NCBI RefSeq assembly: GCF_018977255.1
Contig: NW_024704745.1
Coordinates: forward strand, 46,500,001-46,564,000
Length of the DNA stretch: 64,000 nucleotides
From: Callorhinchus milii
Lineage: Eukaryota
Direction: 5' to 3'
Notes under the pieces: generated by a model
Databases searched by the model: none
What the model saw: the letters and a program-made list of their open reading frames with translations, nothing else
What the model was told of the DNA's origin: nothing
Translations under genes and position numbers: made by a program
Shown here: piece after piece, positions 25,500 through 38,059 of the stretch
How positions within the stretch are numbered: position 1 is the stretch's first letter
How the letters are laid out: each line of letters begins with the position of its first letter

Positions 25500-26165
25500 G
25501 GGCCACAAAGTTATCAACCAATTCCTAATAGTGATGACCTCAACTTCATCACAGTGACTTTCTAGTCTCTGCTGGCCCAGTCAGTGCTTCTTGGCAACTT
25601 TGCGCTCCAATTGCCCATCACAGTCTGTCCCTTTGGGAATTCACCAATTGTGGTGAGGCCAAGGGATGCAATATAATCACAATGGTACAGTCTGAGGGAA
25701 TCCCTTCATTAACCCCTTTCCCCCACCATTCTTACCCCCACCATCGTTCCCTATTTTGAATGTATTCCTGCCTACAATTCTTATAACTGTGGTTCCACCC
25801 ACTCAATTAATTTGTTCTAAGTTGAAATATTTGAAAAGGCTTTGGTGTTGCATTGCTTTGATGTTCTAAAATGTTGTGTCACAGAAAGGAAGGACTCAGG
25901 TATTTGTCCACAAATCACCAGTTTGTAAGTTCCCAATTGCAGCCCTCAGTAGGAGAAATCACGTAGGGACCATTTGTTTCATTCTAGATGTGTATTTCAT
26001 AAATGTTGGGACAAATGCAATAATCCCAAACATGGGCCGCGTGCTACTTGGTATATTAACTACACAACTTTTTGTGAAGATAATATCTTATAAACTATGT
26101 GTAAACTATGTTTGTCTTGCTCAAGGGCCACTCTCCAGAATGATCTGTCACACATCAGCACAATA
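25500..26165 (+). repeat. Unclassified ~650-bp non-coding element, copy 1
   Basis: Reverse-complement homologue at ~41153-41806; best block 77 of 82 identical; no recognisable ORF. Confidence 0.8.
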
Positions 26166-26467
26166 TCATAGAATAATAGAATTATACAGCACAGAAAGAG
26201 GCCAGTCAACCCATCGTATCAGTGCCGGCACTTTGAAGTTACAGATAAACAACAACAATAAAATGACCAATCATGTCGGGAGGATGTACAAAGACGAATT
26301 GTAATTTTTTTTGTCTTTACAGATATAAGAAAAAATAGTTACGAGTTGCATGAAAAGGAAACAATTCAGAATGATGACACCTATGAAAGTATGGGGAGAG
26401 TGCCATAACTCACAACCAATGCAAACAAAACCCTCTTCCATGCCATCATCACTTCCCAGCTGGACTA

Positions 26468-26841
26468 TAGGAGTCCTGTAGCTCAGTGATTAGAGCACTC
26501 GCTTTGAAAGCGAGAGACCTGAGTTCAATTCCAGGCAGGGCGAAACCTTGGGCAAGTTTCCTTACTCCACACGCCTAATAATAATCCCTCCAAAACCAAA
26601 AACAATAATAAATTGGTCATTTTCAATCTACGCCTGTTTGTGGGACATTGCTGTGCGCAATTGGCTGCCGCATTCGCCCACAAATATATAGTCAATTCAC
26701 TTTACAGTGTGTTCTGTGAAGCGCTTTGGGACGTCCTCCCGACGTGAAAAACCCTATATCAAATGCAAGGATTTCCAGCGCCTTGGAACGTCCTCCCGAC
26801 GTGAAAGGCGCTCTATAAATGGAATCTTGTTGTTGTTGTTG
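26468..26841 (+). mobile_element. Young short-form SINE followed by a ~65-bp young L2 terminus
   Basis: Two consecutive gtcctcccgacgtgaaa tails; the second ends in (TTG)n. Confidence 0.85.
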
Positions 26842-28261
26842 TATTCCAATGCCATCCTTGCTGGTCTCCGCAGCTCCACATTGCATTAAATTCAATGTAT
26901 GTAAAACTCAATGGCTATGCTTTCAGCTACTATGCCTCGAATCTCTGGAACTCTTCCTCAACTCCTCCGCCTTTCCTGCTCTATCCCAACCTCCTAATCA
27001 CGCCTGAGGATTTTCCTTTTTGATCGTGCTTACAGTCACCTTCCCACTCGGCATCAGACTCCGCTACTGTAAAGCACTCCGGGATGCTACCCCGCGTGAA
27101 GAGCACTATATAAATGCAAGATGTCGTTATTGGATATATGAACATGTGGTTAAGGGCCTATGTAGTTCCAGCCACACTTGATGTTCTAGAGATCCAAGTC
27201 TAATGCCATGTATCTGGTTTATTTAATGCCAAATGCTCAACCCAAATGTTCATGTGAGGGTCTTGACAAAGAGATGATTGCCGTAAATTGGAGTTGAGGT
27301 ACAGATCAGCCATGATCTAGTAGAACCGCAGAACAGGCTTGATGGATTGAATGACCTATGCCTGTTCCTATGTAAAACCAATTCTATCTCCAGTGGACTG
27401 AGTGATAAATCAAAGTCGTTTGGAACCCTGACTCCTTGTAAACGGTTACCATTTTAACCACAACTCCATCGCTTTTCATGTTCCTAGAGATTGTAATGGG
27501 TATTAAAGATCCCATGGCACTATTGAAACAAAAGGAAATTGATTCTAGTGTCCCGCAATCCCCCAGATAAATTAATCACTCCATTCATTGCTGTTTGTGG
27601 GACATTGCTGTGTGCAAATTGGCTGCCGTGTTCACCTAAAAATACAATAAATATTGTGTAGGGTCTTGAAACTTTTGATTAATGTGATAAAATGCTAAAT
27701 CAAATGGGAGGATGCAAGGATTATTATTATGATTGCACACTGTGCTGAAAGCATTCCATACTTCAATTATACTGTACTGTGGGTGCACCTGCAGTGACTA
27801 GCAGCATTTGATTGTATTCATATTAATATACTGTATGGTGTGTGAATCAAAAGAATCACATTTGATATTTGAAGATTTGATCATTTTTATTTGTGAATTG
27901 ACAGAACAAGTTAAAGAAAATAGAGTAACTATTCTAATGTTCGACAACTTATTTACAAAACAAAGCTTTTTATGACCACAAGTAAAGCTTTTCAGCATTG
28001 ATACAGACAGACATTAAAAATTTTAAACACATCATCAATTGAAATTGAATAGTAAAATATGAAGGAAAGAGATTTAACAGGTTGGATCAGTTGTATTATA
28101 TGAGTATTTGTTACAAGGGCGTGTGACATTTACCTAGCACTTTGTTTTAAAGAAAGTTATGAGCTTTTTTGTTGGATATTGGTGAATGAAAAGAAGAAAA
28201 ATAATGAAGATTCAAACAACAAAAGTGAAAGATATTTTATATGAAAGAAAATTTAGTTTGA

Positions 28262-28697
28262 CTACTCTATTTGAACCATAAGATTTTTCAGCAATGATCG
28301 TTTACAGTTCTTTTCGTTTGTGGCACATGGTACCTCATATTGTTCACATTGTGCACTTTCACCTAAGTACGAACTGGGCGTTGAAGGATAGTTTATATTC
28401 ACATTTACGTGTTCGGATGATACACCCAATATTTTGTATGGTGAGCTATTTTGACTGTGACAAGTCAAATTTCTAAGACGTGCAGGAGATCGCCATTTCA
28501 ATTTTTCCTTTTCAGGAGTATAATTTTGCCCTTTTGAAGGAGAGAATCTTTGTTTGATTTTCTGGTTAAGTATAGATATAATGTTTTCTTCAGGCGGATC
28601 ATTTGGGTTATTTAATAGCTCCAAAATGCGACCCTCTGTTATTATTGTTGTTGTCCTGGTATTTGGCGGAATTCCTGGTTCCTGCTTCTGAATCAAA
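28262..28697 (-). CDS. CD200: CD200-like terminal cytoplasmic exon (~145 aa)
   Basis: Acceptor ttcctcttttttcgttgattag| is phase 2 and matches the TM exon. Long open frame in AT-rich non-repeat DNA ending in TAG. Possible AATAAA on - near 27890. Confidence 0.75.
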
Positions 28698-31600
28698 CTA
28701 ATCAACGAAAAAAGAGGAAAAGTCAACATATCAACCAAATGTATAATATAAACTGAATCCAAACTCTGACGAACTGCCTCATTCTCAGCGTATCTAGCAA
28801 ATATATACCACAGAATTAGACCAACATCCAATGTGTAGCCTTCCCTTTAAGAGTCTTTTTTCTGAAGTCTAGCAACAGTCATTTGATCTCCCTGATATTT
28901 AATCTGCAATGATTTGTAATAGGAGTTGCTAATTTTGTCTGCTTCTTATCATCTCTCATCTTCTGTCACTTTTCACTTGTGTGGTGAGACTGCAAATATT
29001 TAACCTGTTGCAATGTATTCCTCAATTTAGATTTGTGCACATGTCTGACACGTGTGGAAACCCATCAACATGCTTAATAATACCCAAACCAAGCTGAAAC
29101 TTCCAAGAATACCACCTACACCTGGAAATCCCAGAGATAGATTTTTGGTATGAAATGTGCACTCTCCCCCTGGAGGGACACATCCTGCTTGCTTAATTCT
29201 GGAAATTATTAGGTGCAGGTTGTCAGGAGTCAAGGCTTGGAGACTCCAGTGAGTACCAGCTGAAACCACATAGCTTGCCATTGATTGCAAGCTTTCCCAC
29301 TGCTTGTTCAGCTAGGACCACTCTATCCAATAGAGCTTTGGTTTGCATGGTTAATAGGAGCTGAGTGGAATGACTCTGCCTCCAGTGACTTGTCTGCCCT
29401 TCCAGGTCTTCCTGCTGGTGGTTGGGATTAGGAGGCATGGAGGGCAGGGATAGGAGGGTGACTGAAGGCACATTCAATGAGGTGGGACTGTGGGATGGAG
29501 TTCCAGAGGGTGGGGGCAGAGAGGCTGAAAGCACACCTGCTAATGGTGGGGCGGGCAAGGTGAGGGATGTGAGTGACAATGGGCAGCCTTGCCTTACCCA
29601 CCTATCCAGTGGGATGGGCTCAGTAAATCCACTGTCAACCTGTCAACCTGGATCTTGGAGCTGGAATAAAATATAAAATCCAAGGTTCGGCCACATACTC
29701 TCATGGCTTCCAGTTTCATAATGAGGGTCTCATGAGGCACGAGGTCGAAAGTCTTCTGAAAATCACTGAACGCAATGTAGATGGGTTTCCCCTCAACTTT
29801 ACGACATTCTGTGATCTATACAGAGCCACAACCTGTTCCACACATTCCTCACGAGAACACAAGGCAACCTGCTCCTTGCTGATCGAACCGCGAGACACAT
29901 CAATAATTGGTAAATTTGGGATCACATTAGAACTTAATTTGCTTCTAACAGCTAATCACATTGTGGCACAACAATTACGCAAGCTCCTTTTACTTATTTG
30001 CCAGAATATTAATCAGATGCTGATTATTCAATAATAGGACTTCCGTAAAATAGTCACAATACTTATTGACTTTTTTCTGCAAGGTCACAGGTTCAATCCT
30101 TATTCTCCACTAAATTAACTGACCTCAAATGGAGAGATACTAGGCTTGCTTCAGTTGGTCTCAATGATAAGGATTTGTTCTCAATTTGTCCACAGACATA
30201 TTTAAAGAAAGCAAGACATTTTGTACAAAGCAACACAAGGAAATATAATCAGAAATTACCTGCCCTGAGGTAAACCTACCTTTTCAATTTATTTCTCCAA
30301 TTCCAGATTGCCAGACATACCACCACTATAATAATTGCTGCACATGCAATCAAAATAGGTGATTTGTTTTTCACTTGATCCGAAGCTGCAAGTAAAATGC
30401 GGGAAAACATTATGAAATAAACCTGGAAATGTGACATTATTTACCTGCATCAATAACTGGTTGACAAAAGGTAACAACAACAACTTGGATTTATATAGCG
30501 CCCTCCACGCCGGACGGCGTCTTTCTTTAATCAACAATCAACAGGAAAAGCTCACTCAGTAGGAGGAGCAATGATGGTTGAATTTCCATGCAGTTTTGTA
30601 ATATGTCACCAAGTTGTTTCCAGAACAATGACCAACCAAATTGATAGACCAAGAAATAGACTGATTTTAATGGAGCTAAAAATTGGGTATATTGAAACAA
30701 AATATTTACAGGATGAAATAATGTCCATTGGCAGATAGGAAGCTAAATTTCTGCAGATTAGGGAAACTGGTGAAAAGGATGTTCTTTGGGAGAATTAGTA
30801 ATATCCATATGAATCTTTCCTCTCAGAGATTTGAGGCTGTAGAGTACAACAACAACTTGCATTTATATAGTCCCCCAAATGCCGGGCGGCGTCTCAGAGT
30901 GCTTAATAATGGTGGAGCCCAAGGCCGAGCCATGGGGAGGGGGAAGGTGACCATAAGCACGATCGAAAAGGAAGGTCTTCAGGTGTAATCTGAAGATGGG
31001 GAAGGAGGGAGCTAGACAGAGGGGTTGAGGGAGGGAGTTCCAAAGTTTCGGGGCGTAGAGACTGAAGGCACCGCCACCTATGGTGGAGCCGAGAATTTGG
31101 GAGACGTGGTGTAAGCCGGATCCAGCAGAGCGGAGGAAGCGGATACTTCTGTGGGGAGAGAGAAGGTTAGAGATATAGGGGCATGCCAGGGAATGAAGGG
31201 ATTTAAACCCTAGAATGAGGATCTTGAAGTCGATCTGCTCTGTGACAGGGAGCCAGTGGAGTTTGGCAAGGACTGGAGTAATCGGGGTACGAAATTTGGT
31301 GCTGGTGAGAATGCTGGCGGGGAGACCAGCGAGAAAGTTGTTAGAGTATTCCAGCCGAGAGATGACAAAGGCATTGACAAGGGTTTCGGCAACTTTTCCA
31401 CAGTACATGACAGAATAAGCTTTGGGTCGTCTGCACTTGGAACTGATTTGATGGAAAAATAGTGTTTAGTGTTCCATGTTTCATATTTTTAAAATGTTAA
31501 CCATTGATATCATACAGAAGCGACATGTGTCCAACAGTAATCCTCAGGAGCACAGATGGAATATTATATATACCTTTACATAATTAAAGAAAGACATAAA

Positions 31601-34600
31601 ATATCCCTAATATAAAAGCCATAGAAATTATATAATCATAGAATGATATAAGCACAGAAGGAGGCCATTTGGCCCATCGTGTGTGTGCCGGCTCTTTGAA
31701 AAGAGCTATCCAAATCGATCCCACTACCCTGCTCTCTCCCCATAGCCCTGCAAACTTATAGAAATCCTTTAGCATAGATTCAGTAGGATATTTTGTACTG
31801 TTCAATGTTAGAAGTAAAGGTGTTTTTCGCTAGAGCTGAGGCTCAGAAGGGACCAAATAGAGATCTTTGGTAGGGTGAGGTGATATGAAAGAGCACTCAT
31901 CCTGTTGGGCCTCACTGTAGTTCAAGCAGGGTCCATAAATATTTTAAAAAGTAATTTGATACATGGTTAAAGTGGAGTAATAATAATCCTCGCATTTGAT
32001 ATAGCGCCTTATCACGTCTTCGAGACGTCTCAAATCGTTTCACAGATTATACTATAAAGTGAATTGACTGTATATTTTGTGGGTGAATATTAAGGGTTTT
32101 TCGGAGCAATCAAAGTTTGATAAGGTGGTTCAGGTAGAGAAATCACCAGGGTAGATTTGATGGCTGAAAGTTTTTCTGCTGTAATATTCTACAATTGTGT
32201 GATGAATTCTGAACAGGAATACATACATGTTGTTTGAAGAAAATCCTCTAAAGTGATTGCCCTTTTCAGTGCTGGATGATTCACCACACAGATCACTTTA
32301 CAATCAGCAGCACCAGCTTTAGCCACTGTCAGATTGCTTGTGATCTTTACTCTTCCATCTAGGACCATTGTTGAGGATTGGGTGGACAGTACAGTCACAC
32401 TGCTCGTTGTTTCCCATGTGATTACTGGAGCTGGTCGTCCTGTGGCTGAACAAGTTGCCACAAAATCAGAAGAGCCATTACTGTTTGTAGCAGCATCAGT
32501 GGCACTGGACTGTAGTGTTGCTTCAGGCATTACTTGAAAAGGAAGAAAAGGACAAATGGCATAAAATATAATAGAAAAGCTGGAAAGGAACAAATAACAT
32601 TTTATACTTAACTGAGATATTTAAGCAATACAGGAAGTCCAAAGCCCTTTCACAATGTGAAGAACAAAATATTCAATAGCTGTAAAGCTCTGTGATATAA
32701 CAGATATTCCTCTTTGATATAAACATTGTGGTAATAGTTAACATTTGACATGGCAAGACATAACCACAAGCTTAACTTCAACAATTTAGACATGTAATAG
32801 ACACCCAACAACAAATACCAACTCTTAGCTATAACAGAGGTGGGTCACGTCAACCTCAGCCCCAAAATAATCCCCATTTGCTTATTGAAGTTCCTGTAGA
32901 TTGGTTATGGCACTTCTGGTTACCATCAATCAATATTAGCAACTCTAATTTCAAAATAGATACTAACCACAATTATTCATATGTGTTCAAATATATAAAA
33001 AATAATTACCACCTACCATGCACCGAAAGGCAGGTCTTCCCAACTTTAGCTCCATCTAGGAATGTATTGAAGAGACATTGATAACATCCTTCATCTTCAA
33101 ACCTCACTCCAGAAAGATTAATTATGGACACTGTTACTTCTGATGGGATGAAAGTTGCTCTACCTTCAAATGACCCAAATATATTTGATCCATATTTTTT
33201 ACTAAATGTAGCCGTGTTTTTCTCAGAATGACCATTTAGCTTTTGCCAGGTGACTTGTAGAACATCGTCTGAACCCATTAATGCACATTTGAAGGTAACA
33301 TTACCCCCTAACACCACTTCATGATTCATAGATGTTTTCACTTTCTGTGCTGAACCTGCAACACATAGAGAATATTAAACATACATTTTTCAGATTAAAA
33401 CTATGTGAAATCTGCTAATTTTATACAGTATCGTGCACTTGAAGAGAATAACGTTTGCTAGACCCAGGTGTGGACTGGAAACAAAAGGGTAGGAAACAAA
33501 TTTATTTTCTGTGGGTAGTGTAATCATAAAAATCCTTGCATTGTTATTGTACCTATAATGTCAAGAACATCTCAAATTGCTTCACAATACGCACAGTAAC
33601 TGTCTCCAAAGTGAACGAATTATTCTAATCTAATCCTGGTCTTCTGTTCGATCCCCATATCTCTTAGTATTTATCCTCTTCAAATATCACATTACCCGCC
33701 TTCCCCCACATTGCCCGACTTCACTACTCTCTTCCTTCCCTTGCATATTTTCGAGGCTGAAGAGCTCTAACTTACAGTATTTTGTACTCCTTATTTAATT
33801 TTCTGAATACTGGAAATCAGCCTTGTCGCTGTTCTGTGCAAATGGTTGCCCTTTGGTTCAAATATTTTATTAAAAAAAACTTTTTTTACTATTATTAAGC
33901 AAATATACAGCATTGTATTAAATTCATGGATTTTTTAGTTATTTTCAAAAAGTGAATGATAGTTAACAAATCGCATTGATTTCATGGTTTGTATTTGCTG
34001 CCCCTTTATCAATGTTATCCTATATTTTGTGTTTTTTCTGCTTAACACCCTGCTACTCAGGGAAAGCTTAGGGAACCTAGAAGCCTGTTTGATGAAATTC
34101 TACTCCATGCACCTGAGGTACAATTATCCCTTGCATCTCTGTGGCATGCTTGCTTTGCATTGTATGTTAAAAAATCATTGTTAATGCCGCCACCTTCCTA
34201 GTGTGTGAAGTTTTTATGTTGATGTGTATCATTTATAATTCATTTTGAACTTTAATGGTGTAAATGCTAAGTTTTAGCTGCAGGACAGACTGAATTTAAT
34301 CTAAGTCGATGTATGTATATTTAAGTGAATATCTCTAGAAGGTATTAACTCATTATTAAGCACCGTGCTCAAGCCAAAATTCACTTAATTCTCCTGAGGA
34401 CCTGCGGTTACTGAAAGTGCAGTCCCCTTTGGTATTCAGTGCTTCCTATACCTCAGAAGTGGCGTCAGCGTTTTTTTTTGCAGATCCATTTACAATGTAG
34501 TGTCATTTTTTTACTCCATAGCACTGCATGATAATTAAGTCATCATGTATAACCTGTGTGTTCAGTTAAAGATCACCAATGTCTGAATTTAAATGGGTTT

Positions 34601-36455
34601 TGCATTTTAAAATAAATCAAATTATAAAGTTAAATTTTGTATGAAAATGGAAAGCTTTATAGTAAGTCTGATGGGCTTGATTGTATTGCAAACCAATCAA
34701 ATGCATCATTGATGATTGATGCATTTACTGTATAGTAAAGCGAGAGACCTGGGTTCGATTTGCGGCAGGGTGAAACCTTGGGCAAGTTTCCTTACAACAA
34801 CAACAACAACAAGATTCCATTTATTGAGCGCCTTTCACGTCGGGAGGACATCCCAAGGCACAATACAATTGGGTCAGGACCCGAGCAGGGGGGAAATGGT
34901 CAGGGGGAGGGAAGGGAGGGAGCGAGGAGGGAGTAGAGAGTTGAGAGGGGAGCTGAAGGCTCGGTCAAAGAGAAAGGTCTTGAGACCGGCCTTGAAGGAG
35001 GAAAGGGAGGAGGCGGCGAAGGCACTGGGGGATAGAGTTCCAGAGCCTAGGGGCTGAGAGGCTGAAGGCCCGACCACCGATAGTAGGGCGGTTGGGGCGG
35101 GGGATGTGGAGCAGACCGGAGCCAGAGGAACGGAGGGTACGGGCGGGTAGGTAGGGGGATAGTAGGTTGGAGATGTAGGAGGGAGCAAGGCCGTGAATGG
35201 CCTTGTAGGTGAGGATGAGGATCTTGAATTCGATCCTCTGGGGGATGGGGAGCCAGTGGAGGTGAGCGAGGGTGGGAGTGATGTGGTCGCGAAGCCTGGT
35301 GCGGGACAGTACACGAGCTGCAGAGTTCTGAATGACCTGCAGCTTGTGGAGGGAGGTGCCGGGTAGGCCGGCGAGGAGAGAGTTCCCATAGTCCAGCCTT
35401 GAGGTGGTAAAGGCGTGGACCAGAGTTACTCCACACTCCTGATAATAATCCCTCAAAAAATATAATAAATTGGTCATTTCAATCCACGACTGTCTGTGGG
35501 ACACTGCTGTGCGCAATTGGCTGCCGCATTTCGCCCACAAATATACGGTCAATTCACATTACAGTGTGTTCTGTGAAGAGCTTTGGGACGTCCTCCCGAC
35601 GTGAAAAGCGCTATATCAAATGCAAGGATTATTATTATTCTGTGAAGTACTTTGAGATGTCTAGAAAACGTGAAAAGCGCTATATCAAATGCAAGGATTA
35701 TTATTATTATCTATATAATTCCTTTCAAAATAATTCATGAATTACATAATCCTGTTTCCACTTTCTGTGCTGAACCTGTAACACAGAAAGTATAATTAAA
35801 CATGCATTTTTTCAGAATAAGACAGTGTATAAGATCTTTGCTAATTTTATACAGTATATATCTCTTAGTATTTATCCTCTTCAAATGCCCATATCGTTAT
35901 TTTCTACATATGAATTATAATTCATGAACTACTTCATTCTATTTCCATTTGCTGTCACACATTCTCACCCCTTTCTCTCTCTCTCTCCTCTCTTTTCCCC
36001 CCACCCCCTACCCCCCTTTCTCTCTTCCCCCACTCTCCTCAGAGGGATGCACCCTGCTTATCTACTCCTGGAAAATGTTAGGGGCATTTTGCTAAGAGCT
36101 AAGGTTTGGGGGATCCAAGAGTATACACATTTAAAAACAGCCGAAAAAGGAAAATTGACGTTTCAAATTAAGAAAGATTTGCAAAACTTCAATTCCATCA
36201 CTCTCTTATAACCATATAACCACAAAATCATTTGCATCTTTTACGAGCATTGCACTACCAGAGCAATCAATCGCAAAGTCATATTTCCGAATGAAACTTT
36301 ACAAAGTCAATAAAATAATGCAGCCCCAATGCTGTCAAACATTTGAAATATCTCCTAATGTGTTCCCCTAAAATCTATACAAAACACAGTGAGGACTTAC
36401 ACAAGTGTCCAGTGAAGAGTTGCAAGAATATCAGTTTGATGCCCAGTATGTTCAT
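28262..36455 (-). CDS. CD200: CD200 (OX-2)-like IgV+IgC2 membrane glycoprotein with long cytoplasmic tail, 413 aa (exons 36455-36401, 33355-33017, 32532-32227, 30385-30280, 28697-28262)
   Basis: Exon phases 1,1,1,2 join into one 1242-nt ORF. The V domain has CD200-type motifs VTWQK, TFS..G and [14 protein letters not shown]...GKTCLSV (extra F-G Cys pair). The C2 domain has [10 protein letters not shown] and VICVVNH. TM is [21 protein letters not shown]. Orthology versus CD200-like paralogue is not resolved. Confidence 0.85.
29690..29900 (-). mobile_element. CR1 RT fragment
   Basis: Translates to [24 protein letters not shown] (CR1 LDFQKAFDKVPH motif). Confidence 0.75.
30280..30385 (-). CDS. 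CD200: CD200-like transmembrane exon
   Basis: Acceptor ttttacttgcag|, donor AG|gtaggt, 106 nt, [34 protein letters not shown]. Confidence 0.88.
30846..31400 (-). mobile_element. L2 3' fragment
   Basis: [23 protein letters not shown]; (TTG)n tail at 30846. Confidence 0.85.
32227..32532 (-). CDS. CD200: CD200-like IgC2 exon
   Basis: Acceptor ccttttcaag|, donor T|gtatgt, 306 nt, [15 protein letters not shown]...VICVVNHP. Confidence 0.92.
33017..33355 (-). CDS. CD200: CD200-like IgV exon
   Basis: Acceptor tgttgcag|, donor G|gtaggt, 339 nt, canonical Cys-Trp-Cys plus the CD200-type extra Cys pair. Confidence 0.92.
34735..35710 (+). mobile_element. SINE split by L2 (head 34735-34795, body 35426-35640) plus an extra SINE tail
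   Basis: The SINE consensus resumes exactly after the L2. Confidence 0.8.
34796..35423 (-). mobile_element. Young 5'-truncated L2 inserted into a SINE
   Basis: Near-identical to 15980-16590; splits a SINE at ccttac|tccacac; ttac duplicated at 34792-34795 and 35426-35429. Confidence 0.9.
35735..35775 (-). pseudogene. Decayed duplicate of the 5' end of the CD200-like V exon, with its upstream intron
   Basis: 35761-35857 matches 33341-33430 and 35858-35885 matches 33658-33684. Reads acag|GTTCAGCACAGAAAGTGGAAAC, then in-frame TGA at 35737-35735. Confidence 0.7.
36401..36455 (-). CDS. CD200: CD200-like signal-peptide exon ([18 protein letters not shown])
   Basis: ATG 36455-36453, donor T|gtaagt, 55 nt phase 1, joins the V exon as ...GHLCSAQKV. 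Confidence 0.8.
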
Positions 36456-36570
36456 CTTCCCTGGAATACCTGACAGTGAAACTGTGGAGAAGATCTTTAA
36501 CTTCCTCACGTTTTATGTGGGTTTTAAATCAGAATTACGGGAACAGACCAATGAGAGTCATACTTTCAGT

Positions 36571-36767
36571 ATATTAACTCATTTATTGCATTAACTGTAT
36601 TTTTTAAATCCAAACATTACGTCCTACAGTGCAGTAACCAATAGCTACTGAAAGTCATACTTTCAGTATGACTTTCAGTATGACTTTCAGTAGCTATTGG
36701 TTACTGCACTGTAGGACGTAATGTTTGGATTTAAAAAATACAGTTAATGCAATAAATGAGTTAATAT
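36571..36767. repeat. Perfect inverted repeat, 90-bp arms, 17-nt spacer
   Basis: 36571-36660 is the exact reverse complement of 36678-36767. Confidence 0.95.
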
Positions 36768-38059
36768 CTGATTGCTGGGGAGGAGGGGCAGGACCTGGAC
36801 ACAATAGAGCTTACTGCTCACTTAGGATAGTTACATTACTGCAGTAGATCAGATATTAACAGCTAAACTCTGGAGTTTACAGAAAAAAGTTCAGGAAGTG
36901 GAGTCAGTTGCCAATGTTGTTGACCTAACCCTATACGCCCCGACTTGGCAACGACATCTAAAGCGTTCATTGATTCACAACAAGGAAGTCGCTGGTTAGC
37001 AAATCAAATGATGCACTTTTTTGAAAGACGCTCCTGCAAACCACCGGTAATGCAGAGAGGTTTTTACTGGCCAAACCTTGTTACATTAACTGACAAATGT
37101 AAGCCAAGAAGATGAGACCAGCAGAAGATTTTGCTTCGCAGCACTTTAATCTTTACAGGTTTGGAGCATTCATTGAAAAGAATGGACGCTGCTGGGACAG
37201 TTGCCTTTTTACAATACATTTAACTGTGGACATGGTTTTCATAAAATACCATCCATGCAAAATATATTTTTTAAAAAGTTTGTCAAATTACACCAAAATC
37301 TAAACCTTGAAAGGTTCTTTCCAGGTGGTGTGAATTCCCAAACTCCAAAGCTTGGTTTGGAATGTCAGGACAGGTTTGGGATCTCATAGGAAAAATACTC
37401 CTCCCCTCCAGAAATTAAAACATGACACCAATGAACCTGGGAATTTATTAGATTTATTTTATTAAGGTCTAATTTGTGGTGTTTCAGCTCCTTGTGAATA
37501 TTAGCCCAAGGAAATGCAGCAAATTCTCCCCCAAATCACTTGAAAGTGTACATGTATTATTACTATTACTAGGTGCCCTCTATACAAAGACCCACAACAA
37601 GTAACCACAGTCTTTATGGCTGGTAAAAATATAATATGGTATTTCTGAAGATTTGTTTTGCAATTTATTGTGACATATTACAGTTGAAAATGGAACGTTC
37701 TCAAGTCAGAAATCAGTCACAGTCGGAGTATTCCTTTTGTTAAAAAATAGTCCCAATTTTTTTAATTCTATAATAATAATCCTTATGTAAGTTATAATGT
37801 TTATAAAAATATTGTTTATTTTTCCTCCCCATTACTCCTTTGCTCCTGGTATGGCCTCTTCTTGCTGCAGTGTGGTTCCATGTGCTTTGATTGTCTTTTG
37901 TTTTTCTTTTCCCCTACCACCACCCAAATGGCCATTGCGTTTGCAGGTGACAAGAGTTGGAGGGTATCACAGCTGAGTCTGACCTCTCTCCACATGTCAG
38001 CCACACACATCCACAACCTGTAGACCTATCATGCAATCCATACATCATCCGCTCAGCGG

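Noticed and set aside
30551-30675. Open phase-1 segment on - with AG/GT ends, considered as the CD200-like TM exon
   Set aside because: No clean hydrophobic helix; 30385-30280 fits much better in sequence and phase
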